Virus record (IMG/VR): IMGVR_UViG_3300033146_003395
Location: 17,736 to 81,735 of that record
Origin: a virus
Direction: 5' to 3' (one strand)
Length of the DNA stretch: 64,000 nucleotides
Part shown: in pieces, positions 20,288 through 30,087 of the stretch
Layout of the letters: the number at the start of each line of letters is the position of its first letter
Numbering within the stretch: position 1 is the stretch's first letter
Position numbers and translations under genes: made by a program
The notes under the pieces: generated by a model
What the model saw: only the letters and a program-made list of their open reading frames with translations
Told to the model about the DNA's origin: nothing
The model's database searches: none

Positions 20288-20691
20288 TGGCTGATAGATT
20301 TGATAAATTAAGTAAACGTTATAAGATAGAAGAAGATGAAAAGTGGAGAGAACATTCACATGATATGCCAGCTCTTAAACTAAAACCTGGATATGGAATT
20401 AGTGTAGTCCCAGCTTTTGGTGGAGCTATGTTAAGAATGAATATCGAAAAAGGTCCAATTAATTTCTCAATATATTATGATACTCAAGATGCCTTAGGTA
20501 TTGTTGGCAAAGCTTATTGGGAAATATTTCCTTTTGTGAAATATGGAACTGAGCAAGATGGTACAATTAGAGCAGAGGAGGACACAGGTAGGTATTATAC
20601 AGATGAATTCAATGAAATGATTGAAGCGATGTATAAGAACACAGAGTATCAGGAAGAATTTCGCGAGAAATTCCCTGAGAATTTTATTTAA
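20287..20691 (+). CDS. PEYFV-tag family protein (FPENFI)
   Basis: TAATG overlap; tag variant. Confidence 0.7.
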   Translation: MADRFDKLSKRYKIEEDEKWREHSHDMPALKLKPGYGISVVPAFGGAMLRMNIEKGPINFSIYYDTQDALGIVGKAYWEIFPFVKYGTEQDGTIRAEEDTGRYYTDEFNEMIEAMYKNTEYQEEFREKFPENFI

Positions 20692-20700
20692 GGAGAAAGA

Positions 20701-21213
20701 ATGGAATTATTTACAGGAGTAGGTATTTTACTTGCAACAGTTTTAGGGTTAGCTTGGTATTGGTCAATTGGGATTGTGGTACTTATTTTAATAAGTATAG
20801 CATTTAGTAATGATGCAGATATTGGTAATGAAACTTGGTTATTTGTTGGAATCTTAGGATTAATTACATGGGCACTTTGGGGTCAGATTACAATTGGAGC
20901 ATCAATTTTATTTACGATTTATTACTTAGCAATTGGTTCAGTTTGGAGTGTATTAAATTATGCAAGAACTATCAAGGGTAAAATTACTCAAGCTAAGATT
21001 GACGGTTACACGACTACAGATTTACCTCTAAGTCACTTTCAAAAGATGATTAAGAAAAATAGAATCGCTCGTTGGATTGCTTACTGGCCTTTCAGTATTG
21101 TGAACTATATAATTGGAGATTTCCTTGGAAATGTTTTCAATAAAATTATTGGTATGCTTGGTAACACTTACTCAAGAATTACTAAACATTATTACGACAA
21201 GCTATTTGCGTAA
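20701..21213 (+). CDS. hypothetical multi-pass membrane protein
   Basis: 3-4 hydrophobic segments; AAGGAG RBS. Confidence 0.7.
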   Translation: MELFTGVGILLATVLGLAWYWSIGIVVLILISIAFSNDADIGNETWLFVGILGLITWALWGQITIGASILFTIYYLAIGSVWSVLNYARTIKGKITQAKIDGYTTTDLPLSHFQKMIKKNRIARWIAYWPFSIVNYIIGDFLGNVFNKIIGMLGNTYSRITKHYYDKLFA

Positions 21214-21773
21214 TGTCTAAAGTTGGAATTTTAGATTCAGGGGATTTTAACCCCTGTACACTGAGCAAATTAGAGTTACCAAAACGGGAACAAATCTCAG
21301 AAGAGGGCGAAAAAAAATTTAGATATGATGATAAAAAACTTTCAGTTGTTATTTACGATTACGATGAGATGGAAATTCTTTCTGATTATATCGGGATGGA
21401 TATTAAAACTTACCTAGAATATTCTTCTTGGAATACGGGGAGAATTAAAAAAGATATTAAAGGTAATTATATATATGTTAATAAAGATAATATAGTTAAA
21501 TATATTAATAAATTAGAACTTAATATATATTTAGAAGATGGTTGGATAAAAGGTAATCTATGTAAATCGACAAAAGGCAAAGTAAGGGTTTATAAAAATA
21601 ATAGGAATACAACAATAGATGAAAATTTATTAGATGAATATATTACAAATGGTTGGAAAAAAGGTGCATATAAAGTACGATGTGATGATTGTAATAAAGA
21701 ATTAAGTTCTTTAGGCAAACAAAACCATAAATGTTTAGGAAAAGAGCATAAATATATTTTTAATTTAAGCTAG
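21213..21773 (+). CDS. homing-endonuclease-like DNA-binding repeat protein (possible remnant)
   Basis: YLEDGWIKG / YITNGWKKG repeats as in 41020..41835; CDDC...HKC; no catalytic motif seen. Confidence 0.5.
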   Translation: MSKVGILDSGDFNPCTLSKLELPKREQISEEGEKKFRYDDKKLSVVIYDYDEMEILSDYIGMDIKTYLEYSSWNTGRIKKDIKGNYIYVNKDNIVKYINKLELNIYLEDGWIKGNLCKSTKGKVRVYKNNRNTTIDENLLDEYITNGWKKGAYKVRCDDCNKELSSLGKQNHKCLGKEHKYIFNLS

Positions 21774-21808
21774 AATTAATGTAAATTATGGTATAATATA
21801 GTATATAA
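21764..21808 (+). promoter_or_regulatory. early promoter repeat 3
   Basis: TTTAAGC...ATGGTATAATATAGTATATAA. Confidence 0.8.
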
Positions 21809-21819
21809 AGGATTAATAA

Positions 21820-23199
21820 ATGATAAAAAAGATACTAGATGAATTTAATAAAACAAATTCGACGAATGATAAAAAAATTGTATTAGAAAAACATAAAGAT
21901 AACTTACAATTAATTGAAGTGTTTCAAAAAGCATTAGATAAAGTTAAATGGACTTATGGGATAACTTTAAAAAATATTCCAGAGTATAAATGTTCTAACA
22001 AACAGGATTTGCAATGGGCTCTGACTTCTTTAGAACTATTAGCTGATAGAACATATAGTGGACATGCTGCCCTTGATTATATACATAATATTTTAAGTTC
22101 TATATCTGAAGATAACGCCTACATTATCGAAAGAATTTTGGATAGAGATCTAAAAATTAGATTTGGTAAAACTGAATTTAATAAGATAGTCGATAAAGGA
22201 TTACAATGTACTCGTCCTCCATACACTAGATGTGAAATTGGTACTAAAGCAAATATTCTTAAAAATATGCCAGTTGATAAAGATGGTAACTTCAAAAATA
22301 AAGTATACAGTGAAGTTAAAATGGATGGTACATTCCGTAGAGCAGTTGTTGATGGTACAGATGTTGAAATTACTTCAAGACCAGGTATTGCTGGTTCATT
22401 TCCATTAATCGAAGCACAATTAAAAACTATACCTTTTGAGGGTTATGTTTATATTGGTGAAATGACTTTAAGAGGCGAACAAGACCGTTCAAAAGGTAAT
22501 GGTCTTATTAATTCTGATGATATTCCACATGACGATGTTTTATTTACTGTTTGGGATATGATACCTATTCAAGAATATGCTATGACTAAAGATGAAATTA
22601 AGAAAGCAGAAAAAGCTGGAACATTAAGTCATTATGAAGATAGATTTAATTTATTAGAACATGCTATCAAAAATATCCCTGGTGGATTAGCAAATGTTGA
22701 ACTTATTGAATACAGAATTGTTAAAAACATGACTGAAGCTTATGAGCATTTCCAAGAAGTTACTCTAAGAGGTGACGAAGGTACAGTTATTAAAGCTCAC
22801 GATATGACTCACAAAGATGGTAACAGTAAAAAACAATTAAAAGTTAAACTTGTTATTGAATTAGATATGAGAATTACCGGATTTAATGCTGGTAATAAAG
22901 GTTCTAAAAATGAAGCATATTTCTCAGGAATTAATTTTGAGAATGATGAAGGTACTATCAAAGGTTCAGTTGGTGTTACATCATTAACAGAAAAAGATAG
23001 AGACTACTTTCATGAAAATAGAGAATTTGTTATTGGACAAGTTATGTCAATGGTTTGTAACGATATTACACAAGCATCTGGAAATGATTTTAAAGCGTTA
23101 TCACATCCAAGATATGATAAACTTAGAGGTAAAGAAAAAGAAACTGATACTCTTGAAAGAGCATTAGAACAAAAACAAATGGCAATGGAGTTAAAATAA
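21820..23199 (+). CDS. gp30: ATP-dependent DNA ligase
   Basis: EVKMDG adenylation motif, YIGE, VWD, EGTVIK, LKVK, LSHPR. Confidence 0.93.
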   Translation: MIKKILDEFNKTNSTNDKKIVLEKHKDNLQLIEVFQKALDKVKWTYGITLKNIPEYKCSNKQDLQWALTSLELLADRTYSGHAALDYIHNILSSISEDNAYIIERILDRDLKIRFGKTEFNKIVDKGLQCTRPPYTRCEIGTKANILKNMPVDKDGNFKNKVYSEVKMDGTFRRAVVDGTDVEITSRPGIAGSFPLIEAQLKTIPFEGYVYIGEMTLRGEQDRSKGNGLINSDDIPHDDVLFTVWDMIPIQEYAMTKDEIKKAEKAGTLSHYEDRFNLLEHAIKNIPGGLANVELIEYRIVKNMTEAYEHFQEVTLRGDEGTVIKAHDMTHKDGNSKKQLKVKLVIELDMRITGFNAGNKGSKNEAYFSGINFENDEGTIKGSVGVTSLTEKDRDYFHENREFVIGQVMSMVCNDITQASGNDFKALSHPRYDKLRGKEKETDTLERALEQKQMAMELK

Positions 23200-23399
23200 T
23201 GGCTAAGTGGTTAAAATATAAAAACTTTAATCAATATAATGAAAGAATATCTGAAACAATGTTACATAAAGCAATGAATGATAAACTTTATAAAAATATT
23301 GTTAAAGAAAATATTTTAAGAAATGTTAGAGAAGACTACAATAAAGATAGTGAACTTACTGAATATATGTTAGATCACTATGCTATGTATTTTATATAA
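23199..23399 (+). CDS. hypothetical protein (degenerate tag YAMYFI)
   Basis: TAATG overlap. Confidence 0.65.
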   Translation: MAKWLKYKNFNQYNERISETMLHKAMNDKLYKNIVKENILRNVREDYNKDSELTEYMLDHYAMYFI

Positions 23400-23408
23400 G
23401 GATAAATA

Positions 23409-23660
23409 ATGGCTAAAGATTTTGACCATCTAGCGAAAGCTAGAGCCCGTGAAGAAAAAGAACACAATTATTATACTAGATGGAGTTATGATGATGCCTG
23501 GGGTTATTTATCAGCACAAATAAAGGGTAAAACTAAGTGGGAAAGGCAAGCTTCAAAGTTAAAACAAGAAATTGATAATACTACTTATCCTAAGAGACTT
23601 AAAAAGCTCCAGAAAAAACTCCAGATTATTGTTGATGAATATCCTGAATATTTTGTATAA
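23409..23660 (+). CDS. PEYFV-tag family protein (YPEYFV)
   Basis: RBS; tag. Confidence 0.75.
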   Translation: MAKDFDHLAKARAREEKEHNYYTRWSYDDAWGYLSAQIKGKTKWERQASKLKQEIDNTTYPKRLKKLQKKLQIIVDEYPEYFV

Positions 23661-23671
23661 TTTAATCCAAA

Positions 23672-23716
23672 TTTAACCTAGAACTAATATAAGTTATGGT
23701 ATAATATAGTATATAA
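23672..23716 (+). promoter_or_regulatory. early promoter repeat 4
   Basis: TTTAACC...ATGGTATAATATAGTATATAA. Confidence 0.8.
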
Positions 23717-23725
23717 AGGATAATA

Positions 23726-24046
23726 ATGATGATACAATATTATGAAACTAAATTAGAGAATTTTGATTACGAAATTTCTAATCCCAAAAAAATACAAAAA
23801 CCTAAAAGTATTAGATGCAGATTTAAAGTTGGTGATACTATTATTAATATTAACAGATTGCAAGTCGAAAAGAAACCGCAAAATTGGGAAGTCATAAAAA
23901 TTAATAAGAATTCTATGACTGTTGCAGGATTAGTTGAAAGTCGTTGGTACAAAACACAACGTCAAACAGATATTAACCAAGATGGTTATAAATTTTATAA
24001 AACATTAGATGAATATAATGAAATGTTTCCAGAATATTTTGTATAG
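23726..24046 (+). CDS. PEYFV-tag family protein (FPEYFV)
   Basis: RBS; tag; FKVGDT motif. Confidence 0.75.
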   Translation: MMIQYYETKLENFDYEISNPKKIQKPKSIRCRFKVGDTIININRLQVEKKPQNWEVIKINKNSMTVAGLVESRWYKTQRQTDINQDGYKFYKTLDEYNEMFPEYFV

Positions 24047-24053
24047 GAAAAAG

Positions 24054-24311
24054 ATGAAAAAGAAAAGAAATCCAGAATTTTTAGTCTATCGTTTTGGTGA
24101 TGCACCTGAAGGGTCTATTCAAATCGTTATGAAATATACTGGAATATCAAATAATGAAGATTTTGATTATGTCGATACAGTTTATGGTAATTATGGTAAT
24201 TATAGTAATTATGGTAGCACCTATAGTTTTTGTGAAGATTATGTTTTACAAAAAACTGGTTGCAATACTATAGAAGCATTCCATGAAAAATATCCAGAGT
24301 ATTCAATATGA
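24054..24311 (+). CDS. PEYFV-tag family protein (YPEYSI)
   Basis: Start moved to ATG after AGGA; tag. Confidence 0.7.
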   Translation: MKKKRNPEFLVYRFGDAPEGSIQIVMKYTGISNNEDFDYVDTVYGNYGNYSNYGSTYSFCEDYVLQKTGCNTIEAFHEKYPEYSI

Positions 24312-24736
24312 TGGGTTCAAAAGGAGAAACTTTGTTAAAAGTAGAAACAACATCAACAGAAAAAAACTTAGCTATATTATTCTTAGAACGTCCACCAGAG
24401 GGATATTCATTTAATTCCTTAGATGAAGCTTTTGCATATGCTGAGCAGTATATGAGAGAATCTAAAGAGACAAAAGAATATTATGTTTGTACAATGTTTC
24501 CGTATGATTTACGTGATATTGTAAAAGCGAGAGTTAAAACACCCGCTAAATATTTTACTAGTTATAAACAAGCTAGAATTTTTCAACTACAGTTAGCTTT
24601 TAAAAATGATATTGAGCAAAAGAAACAAGATGATGAAGGTTATTTTACAGTAGATGGAAAATATAAATTATTATCTGAAGGTGATATGGGCGAGTATTAT
24701 GAGTACCATAAAACTGAACCAGAGTATTTCGTATGA
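24308..24736 (+). CDS. PEYFV-tag family protein (EPEYFV)
   Basis: ATGA overlap; tag. Confidence 0.75.
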   Translation: MMGSKGETLLKVETTSTEKNLAILFLERPPEGYSFNSLDEAFAYAEQYMRESKETKEYYVCTMFPYDLRDIVKARVKTPAKYFTSYKQARIFQLQLAFKNDIEQKKQDDEGYFTVDGKYKLLSEGDMGEYYEYHKTEPEYFV

Positions 24737-24939
24737 AAAAATTATCAGATTTAATAATAGGTGATTTAGTTGAATTTAAACTTGAAGCATTTAATCAAAG
24801 AGTTTATAAAGTAACAGATTTTAGAGATAACTGGAATATTATTAAATTACTAGATTTAACATACGGTGGAGAAACTTGGTGGCAAAAAGATAAGCTTAAA
24901 GAAATAACACCTGAAGAATGGCCGGAGTATTTCGTATGA
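24733..24939 (+). CDS. PEYFV-tag family protein (WPEYFV)
   Basis: ATGA overlap; tag. Confidence 0.75.
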   Translation: MKKLSDLIIGDLVEFKLEAFNQRVYKVTDFRDNWNIIKLLDLTYGGETWWQKDKLKEITPEEWPEYFV

Positions 24940-25166
24940 AAAAATTAGAAGATTTTCCAATAGGAACTGAAATAGTTTATATACCAAATCTGATTAAACA
25001 TAAAGCAATCCATAAGAGTTGGATTGTACAGAATATTTCAGTAAATAACAATTTAGTTTGTGGAGTAAAAGATTCAGAAGGTTGGACTGGTATTCAAGAA
25101 AAAGATTTAGATAATTATATGGTTATTGATGATGTAAAAATAAATTACCCGGAGTATTTCGTATGA
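24936..25166 (+). CDS. PEYFV-tag family protein (YPEYFV)
   Basis: Start moved to ATGA overlap; tag. Confidence 0.75.
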   Translation: MKKLEDFPIGTEIVYIPNLIKHKAIHKSWIVQNISVNNNLVCGVKDSEGWTGIQEKDLDNYMVIDDVKINYPEYFV

Positions 25167-25402
25167 TAGAACAAGAATTAGAGATGTCATTTGATGCTGA
25201 TATGCACATGAAAGTATTAAATGATGCTAAAGATGCTTTACTCGAAAATGCTAATATTCATGATGTTAAAAGCTTAATTCAAATCCGCCAATATTGTAAT
25301 AATCCTGGAGAATTCCAGATAGTAGACTGTTACGATAAAGTCGCAATTGACTTAGACTTATATAATAAATTAAATAAAGATTTCCCGGAGTATTTCGTAT
25401 GA
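25163..25402 (+). CDS. PEYFV-tag family protein (FPEYFV)
   Basis: ATGA overlap; tag. Confidence 0.75.
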   Translation: MIEQELEMSFDADMHMKVLNDAKDALLENANIHDVKSLIQIRQYCNNPGEFQIVDCYDKVAIDLDLYNKLNKDFPEYFV

Positions 25403-25617
25403 AAAATAAAGAATTAAAAGATAATTATGAAGAGCTTACAGAAGAGCTAAGATATTATAAAAACAGAGTTAATGAGCATAGTCAAATCAGACCGTCTGAA
25501 CCAGGTAAAAGACTTGACCAATGGAGATTAGGTTGGAATATATTTCATAATAATGTTGCTAGACTTGAAAAAATAGTGCAAACATTCAAAGATGAACACC
25601 CGGAGTTTTTTGTATGA
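25399..25617 (+). CDS. PEYFV-tag family protein (HPEFFV)
   Basis: ATGA overlap; tag. Confidence 0.75.
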   Translation: MKNKELKDNYEELTEELRYYKNRVNEHSQIRPSEPGKRLDQWRLGWNIFHNNVARLEKIVQTFKDEHPEFFV

Positions 25618-25868
25618 GACCAGAAATAAATAGTTTCAGTGTCGATGAAAAACAGTTTTGGTATGTTACAACTAACCTAGATGATAAAAACGTTAATATG
25701 TCTAACCTAGATTATCTTTGTAATGATTTTGTGATAAGAGGTTGGAAAGATACTGTTACTAATTATGGAGCTGATGAAGCTAACAATATGATTATTCACG
25801 AAGATTTATCAGCAATTAATAATTTTTTAGAACAATTTAGAGAAGATTGTCCTGAGTATTTTGTATAA
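25614..25868 (+). CDS. PEYFV-tag family protein (CPEYFV)
   Basis: ATGA overlap; tag. Confidence 0.75.
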   Translation: MRPEINSFSVDEKQFWYVTTNLDDKNVNMSNLDYLCNDFVIRGWKDTVTNYGADEANNMIIHEDLSAINNFLEQFREDCPEYFV

Positions 25869-25876
25869 GAGATATT

Positions 25877-26170
25877 ATGGGAAATGAAATTTTAGAAATG
25901 ACATTTGGAGATATAATAAATGACCCCGTAAAAGTGCCTGAGTATGATTATAAGATTTACTTATACTATAACGAAACATTAGCGAAACTTAAATCATTAG
26001 ATTCAATAACAATATTAGTTAGACTTGAAAATGAAGAATCTGCTAATCACTCTGGTGTAGCACTTGGCATTATTTTAGATACCGAAAAAAGAAAAGCAAT
26101 AAACCCAAAGTACCTAAAATTTCTTTGTTTAAATTCTGAACGTGATGAGTTCCCGGAGTATTTCGTATGA
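25877..26170 (+). CDS. PEYFV-tag family protein (FPEYFV)
   Basis: Tag. Confidence 0.75.
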   Translation: MGNEILEMTFGDIINDPVKVPEYDYKIYLYYNETLAKLKSLDSITILVRLENEESANHSGVALGIILDTEKRKAINPKYLKFLCLNSERDEFPEYFV

Positions 26171-26493
26171 TTAAAAATGAACATGGATTTGGTAACACAC
26201 ATCTGAAACTTAATAATAAAAGAGATAAAGTAAAACTGCACCCTCATGAATATTTCAAAAAGAACTATGATTTCGATGGAGTAACTTATAATTTCTTTCC
26301 AGAGCCTTTTACAAATGCTTTAGAAGGTGTTACTCCAGCAATGACTGGTGAAATATATGAAGTAGTTGAAGAAGGCTCAAACGGTACTATAATAATAATT
26401 AAAACTGAACTTGGAAATATTACAAAACCTGTAGGCAAATGGGCTATTGAAGAATTATATACTTTAGAAGATAATCCTGAATATTATGTCTAA
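26167..26493 (+). CDS. PEYFV-tag family protein (NPEYYV)
   Basis: ATGA overlap; tag. Confidence 0.75.
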   Translation: MIKNEHGFGNTHLKLNNKRDKVKLHPHEYFKKNYDFDGVTYNFFPEPFTNALEGVTPAMTGEIYEVVEEGSNGTIIIIKTELGNITKPVGKWAIEELYTLEDNPEYYV

Positions 26494-26504
26494 TTCTTTT
26501 GGAA

Positions 26505-26549
26505 TTTAAGCTCCGTTTAATGTTAAACATGGTATAATATAGTATATAA
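26505..26549 (+). promoter_or_regulatory. early promoter repeat 5
   Basis: Identical core to 17611 copy. Confidence 0.8.
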
Positions 26550-26566
26550 GAAAAGAAGGATATTAA

Positions 26567-26827
26567 ATGACAATTAAAGAAATAACTAAAATTGAGATAA
26601 CAGAATTAAATATAGCAATCATTGATAATTGTAATAGTAGTGAAGATACTGCTAAAACTATTGAAGCAGTTGCAGAAGTAATTATTAAAAATTCTAAACT
26701 TATGTTAGAAAGAGAAACTCAATTACAAATGAGAATTGAAGCACTTGAAGAAAAACTTCGTAAAAATCGAGAAGAAGAAGTTTATACACAAGCTGAAATT
26801 GATTCATATAATGGGATGGGTAAATAG
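26567..26827 (+). CDS. hypothetical coiled-coil protein
   Basis: RBS after promoter. Confidence 0.65.
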   Translation: MTIKEITKIEITELNIAIIDNCNSSEDTAKTIEAVAEVIIKNSKLMLERETQLQMRIEALEEKLRKNREEEVYTQAEIDSYNGMGK

Positions 26828-27253
26828 ATGGAAAGATTATTTGCGGATAACACACCTACTTTGTTAGGATTTGAAATTACTTTAGAAATAGCAAGAGAAT
26901 ATGATTGGTCAATGGAGCGTACGATGGCCGAACTAAGACTTACTTTGTATAACAGTTTAGATTTAGCTTCTGAAGATAAAACAATGGCTTTAGATGAACT
27001 TCAAGAGATTAAAGATACTGAAGAAAATGAATCAGTATTAGCAACTATTCACGAATTAAGCAAAAAAGAAGCTAAAATTTCTTTAGAAATGTCAGATACT
27101 TGGTATGAAATTGATACATTAAAAAGAGAATATCCGGAAATATATCAAGCACTTGAAGATGATATTCCAGAAGGAATTAGAGGTAATGATTTTTATAAAG
27201 AAATGCACGTTCGCTTAAAAAGAGAGTTCAGAGAAATTTGGAAGGAACTATAA
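26828..27253 (+). CDS. hypothetical acidic protein
   Basis: Abuts neighbours; internal EYPEIY. Confidence 0.65.
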   Translation: MERLFADNTPTLLGFEITLEIAREYDWSMERTMAELRLTLYNSLDLASEDKTMALDELQEIKDTEENESVLATIHELSKKEAKISLEMSDTWYEIDTLKREYPEIYQALEDDIPEGIRGNDFYKEMHVRLKREFREIWKEL

Positions 27254-27600
27254 TGTTAGAATTTAATGCTGAACAAAATAAATTTGTAGCAACTCAACTA
27301 ATGAATAAATACCCAGAGATTTATGAAGAATTAACTGAAGATTTTGATAGACTTCCTGCTGGAGATTTGCAAGCGATATTAGCTGTTATTAAAGAAATTA
27401 AATTGGGGAAGAAAATCCAGGCTATTAAAGAAGTTATAAGTATCTTAGGGCTAGGCTTAAAAGAAGCTAAAGACTATGTGGAAGCACTAGAAGGTCCAAT
27501 GCAAGAAACTTCAGATGGTACAAGAATTCGTACAATTAAACCTGAGATATTAACTCGATTAGCATATTATCAGGAGAAATACCCAGAGTATTTCGTATAG
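27253..27600 (+). CDS. ribosomal protein L7/L12 C-terminal-domain-like protein with PEYFV tag
   Basis: KKIQAIKEV...GLGLKEAKDYVE matches bL12 CTD; ends YPEYFV. Confidence 0.75.
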   Translation: MLEFNAEQNKFVATQLMNKYPEIYEELTEDFDRLPAGDLQAILAVIKEIKLGKKIQAIKEVISILGLGLKEAKDYVEALEGPMQETSDGTRIRTIKPEILTRLAYYQEKYPEYFV

Positions 27601-27608
27601 GAGATAAT

Positions 27609-27941
27609 ATGAAAAATAAATTAAGTGATTTAGAAGTAGATGATGTATTTCTTGTAAATTACAAATATGAAGACCAAGATTTTGATATTATTTGTGCAGT
27701 TATGGAAACAGATAATATAGAAGTTGATGGAATGCCAGGTATTAAAATTTCAGATTTGAAAACATTCAATGGTGAAGATTTAGATTATGAATATAATATT
27801 TCTTTAGAAGGATATGATAGTGGTTTTATGGGAGATAAGAAGCCAGAAATTACAAATCAATTTACATTCAAAGAGTTCTTATTCAGTCACCAAAGTGTTT
27901 TAGGGAGATTAGAAGAAGAAAGACCAGAATATTTTGTTTAA
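27609..27941 (+). CDS. PEYFV-tag family protein (RPEYFV)
   Basis: GGAG RBS; tag. Confidence 0.75.
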   Translation: MKNKLSDLEVDDVFLVNYKYEDQDFDIICAVMETDNIEVDGMPGIKISDLKTFNGEDLDYEYNISLEGYDSGFMGDKKPEITNQFTFKEFLFSHQSVLGRLEEERPEYFV

Positions 27942-27949
27942 GGAGAATA

Positions 27950-28144
27950 ATGAAAACAATACTTTTAAGTATTCCTGAACATGTAAAAAGAGTAAATTCT
28001 TTTTACCTAAGAAAAAATCATTATTTAATAAATGATGAAAAAATACCTCACAATTATGAAATAGATGATTATGAAATGTATGATTTTCATGTAATTATAA
28101 AAGCGGTGTTAGTTACTTTGTATAAAGAAGAAAATATATTATAG
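27950..28144 (+). CDS. hypothetical protein
   Basis: AAGGAG RBS. Confidence 0.6.
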   Translation: MKTILLSIPEHVKRVNSFYLRKNHYLINDEKIPHNYEIDDYEMYDFHVIIKAVLVTLYKEENIL

Positions 28145-28227
28145 GAGATTTAATGTCACTTTGTATGATAGAGCCTGAATAGTTCGGAGAGAAATTTGAA
28201 GACGTAGGAAATACAGAAATTATTTCA

Positions 28228-28449
28228 ATGAATTATGATAAGAGTTTTTTCAAAAATTGGAATGGGCATTATTTAGTTGGTATCGATTATTTGGATAATA
28301 CTGATTGTACTTATTATGTATTTTCACCTAAGAGAGCAATCTCAAATTCACGATTAACTATTAAAGTTAAGCATGATACAAAATATGAATTTACACCTGA
28401 AATCGCCGAGAGAATAATCCCAGAATTATTCCCAGAGCATTTAATTTAA
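28228..28449 (+). CDS. PEYFV-tag family protein (FPEHLI), possibly 5' truncated
   Basis: Tag variant; strong RBS-ATG at ~28153 runs into an early stop. Confidence 0.55.
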   Translation: MNYDKSFFKNWNGHYLVGIDYLDNTDCTYYVFSPKRAISNSRLTIKVKHDTKYEFTPEIAERIIPELFPEHLI

Positions 28450-28464
28450 TCTTAAGGAGATGAA

Positions 28465-28761
28465 ATGAAAAACGAAATAGTAGAAAACGGAGTTGAAGTA
28501 GAAGTATTAGAGACTGATGAAGACTTTAATAACTTTCAAAAACTAGCCGAAGGTATCAATGATGGATTAGCACAAGTTGCTATGGAAAACCAAATGACTC
28601 AAGACAATAAAGAACAACCTATTTTTTATGGTGAGTATGATGGTGAAACTATCGGTGAAATGATGGGTGAATTTTATGAAGCAACTCAATTTTTACCTGA
28701 AAATAAAGATGGATTTGTTGATGGAACATTCGTAGTTAATGTAACATTTATTAAAAGCTAA
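28465..28761 (+). CDS. hypothetical acidic protein
   Basis: AAGGAG RBS. Confidence 0.7.
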   Translation: MKNEIVENGVEVEVLETDEDFNNFQKLAEGINDGLAQVAMENQMTQDNKEQPIFYGEYDGETIGEMMGEFYEATQFLPENKDGFVDGTFVVNVTFIKS

Positions 28762-29231
28762 TGAGACGGCTACAAACTCTCAAGGGTGTCAAATACCTAA
28801 ATGATAGAGTGGGCGAAACCTTCTATCATGTAAAATTACAGGGGATTACGAAATATACTTTAAAAAGTTTCTCTCTGGATTTTGCAATATTTGATGGCGG
28901 CAGGTGTAAAAGAAAAGCACCAAGAGGGAATGAATTTTATAGAGATAAGAAAACAATCCTTTATTATATAAAGATTAAAGGATTAAATAACGAAGATTTA
29001 TATAAAATCGGTGTTACTTTATATAAAGGATCTATAGAAAAAAGTCTAAAGAAAAGATTCCATAGGCAAGAATATGAATTAATTCAATCGGAGATATTTA
29101 AAGACGGAAGTGAAGCTTTTGTTTTAGAACAACAAATATTAAAATTTAATAGAGAATATAGATACTTGGGTGAGAAAGTACTTAAAGCCGGTAACACTGA
29201 ATTGTTTATTAAAAATTTAATATTAGATTAA
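28761..29231 (+). CDS. chimeric endonuclease: unrelated N-terminus plus C-terminal nuclease-like domain of the 19057/37041 family
   Basis: Near-identical to 19057..19920 from EFYRDKKTILYY onward. Confidence 0.7.
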   Translation: MRRLQTLKGVKYLNDRVGETFYHVKLQGITKYTLKSFSLDFAIFDGGRCKRKAPRGNEFYRDKKTILYYIKIKGLNNEDLYKIGVTLYKGSIEKSLKKRFHRQEYELIQSEIFKDGSEAFVLEQQILKFNREYRYLGEKVLKAGNTELFIKNLILD

Positions 29232-29264
29232 AGTTATTATAGTATAATAGTACAAGGAGTTAAT

Positions 29265-29426
29265 ATGCACTGTATAGATAAAATCGCCGATAAAATTAAT
29301 GATTTAAAAATAGAGCTTGATATTAACCGGAGCGACCTCGGCGGAGATGAAGATAAGTTATATACTAAATCTATTCTCTTAGAATTAAAAAAATTAAAAG
29401 AGGAATACCCAGAGTATTTCGTATAA
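29265..29426 (+). CDS. PEYFV-tag family protein, 53 aa, not in ORF track
   Basis: AAGGAG RBS; MHCIDKIAD...KEEYPEYFV. Confidence 0.75.
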   Translation: MHCIDKIADKINDLKIELDINRSDLGGDEDKLYTKSILLELKKLKEEYPEYFV

Positions 29427-29435
29427 GGAAAAAGA

Positions 29436-29693
29436 ATGAATGAATGGATTAAATTAATATTTGGTGGAATGTTAGTATTATTAGGGGCTTTCTTAACTTG
29501 GGTTTCTGCAGTTTCAATAAGTTTAGCAGCATACACTTTCGTGATATTATTAATATTGAATATTACAGGTTTAATTGCGATTGGTTGGTGGGTCTTATGG
29601 GCACCATTATTAATGTTTTTCGGTGGATTTCTTGCAATAGGAATTAATTTATTTTTAACTTTCCTTGGTGTTGCAATTGCATCGGACGTATAA
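29436..29693 (+). CDS. hypothetical membrane protein
   Basis: Almost wholly hydrophobic; WWVLWAP. Confidence 0.7.
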   Translation: MNEWIKLIFGGMLVLLGAFLTWVSAVSISLAAYTFVILLILNITGLIAIGWWVLWAPLLMFFGGFLAIGINLFLTFLGVAIASDV

Positions 29694-29887
29694 TGATAGT
29701 TAAAATATATGATTACACGGATGCAAGTGGAGAATTAATCTTAGAAGATTACGAATATAATAAGAATGATGCAATGTTATTATGTAATGTAGACTTGATT
29801 ACAGTTGAAGACCAAGATTATGAAGTATTTGAAACAAAAATAAGAGCGTATGCAACAGTGCTCGAAATAGCAGTAAGGAAACATTAA
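29693..29887 (+). CDS. hypothetical protein
   Basis: TAATG overlaps. Confidence 0.65.
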   Translation: MIVKIYDYTDASGELILEDYEYNKNDAMLLCNVDLITVEDQDYEVFETKIRAYATVLEIAVRKH

Positions 29888-30087
29888 TGGAATTAAATAT
29901 TGTTTATATTGAAGACCACGATGAAGAAGACCAAGAGGCGAAATTTGTTTGTCCTCAATGTCACGGCATCGTAGAGTATCAAACATTTGAGAGAAAATCA
30001 AGTAATCCAATTTATGATTGGAATTGCGGAAGTTGTTTCAGTGCTGTACCAGTAGAAGAATTACACCTAAAATTGAAGGAGAAATAG
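29887..30087 (+). CDS. small Zn-ribbon protein
   Basis: CPQC...CGSC. Confidence 0.65.
   Translation: MELNIVYIEDHDEEDQEAKFVCPQCHGIVEYQTFERKSSNPIYDWNCGSCFSAVPVEELHLKLKEK

Noticed and set aside
24718-26170. Recurring 18-bp CCGGAGTATTTCGTATGA as a CRISPR array
   Set aside because: Spacing is 200-400 nt and variable, the intervals are full ORFs, the repeat is not palindromic, and no cas genes are present.
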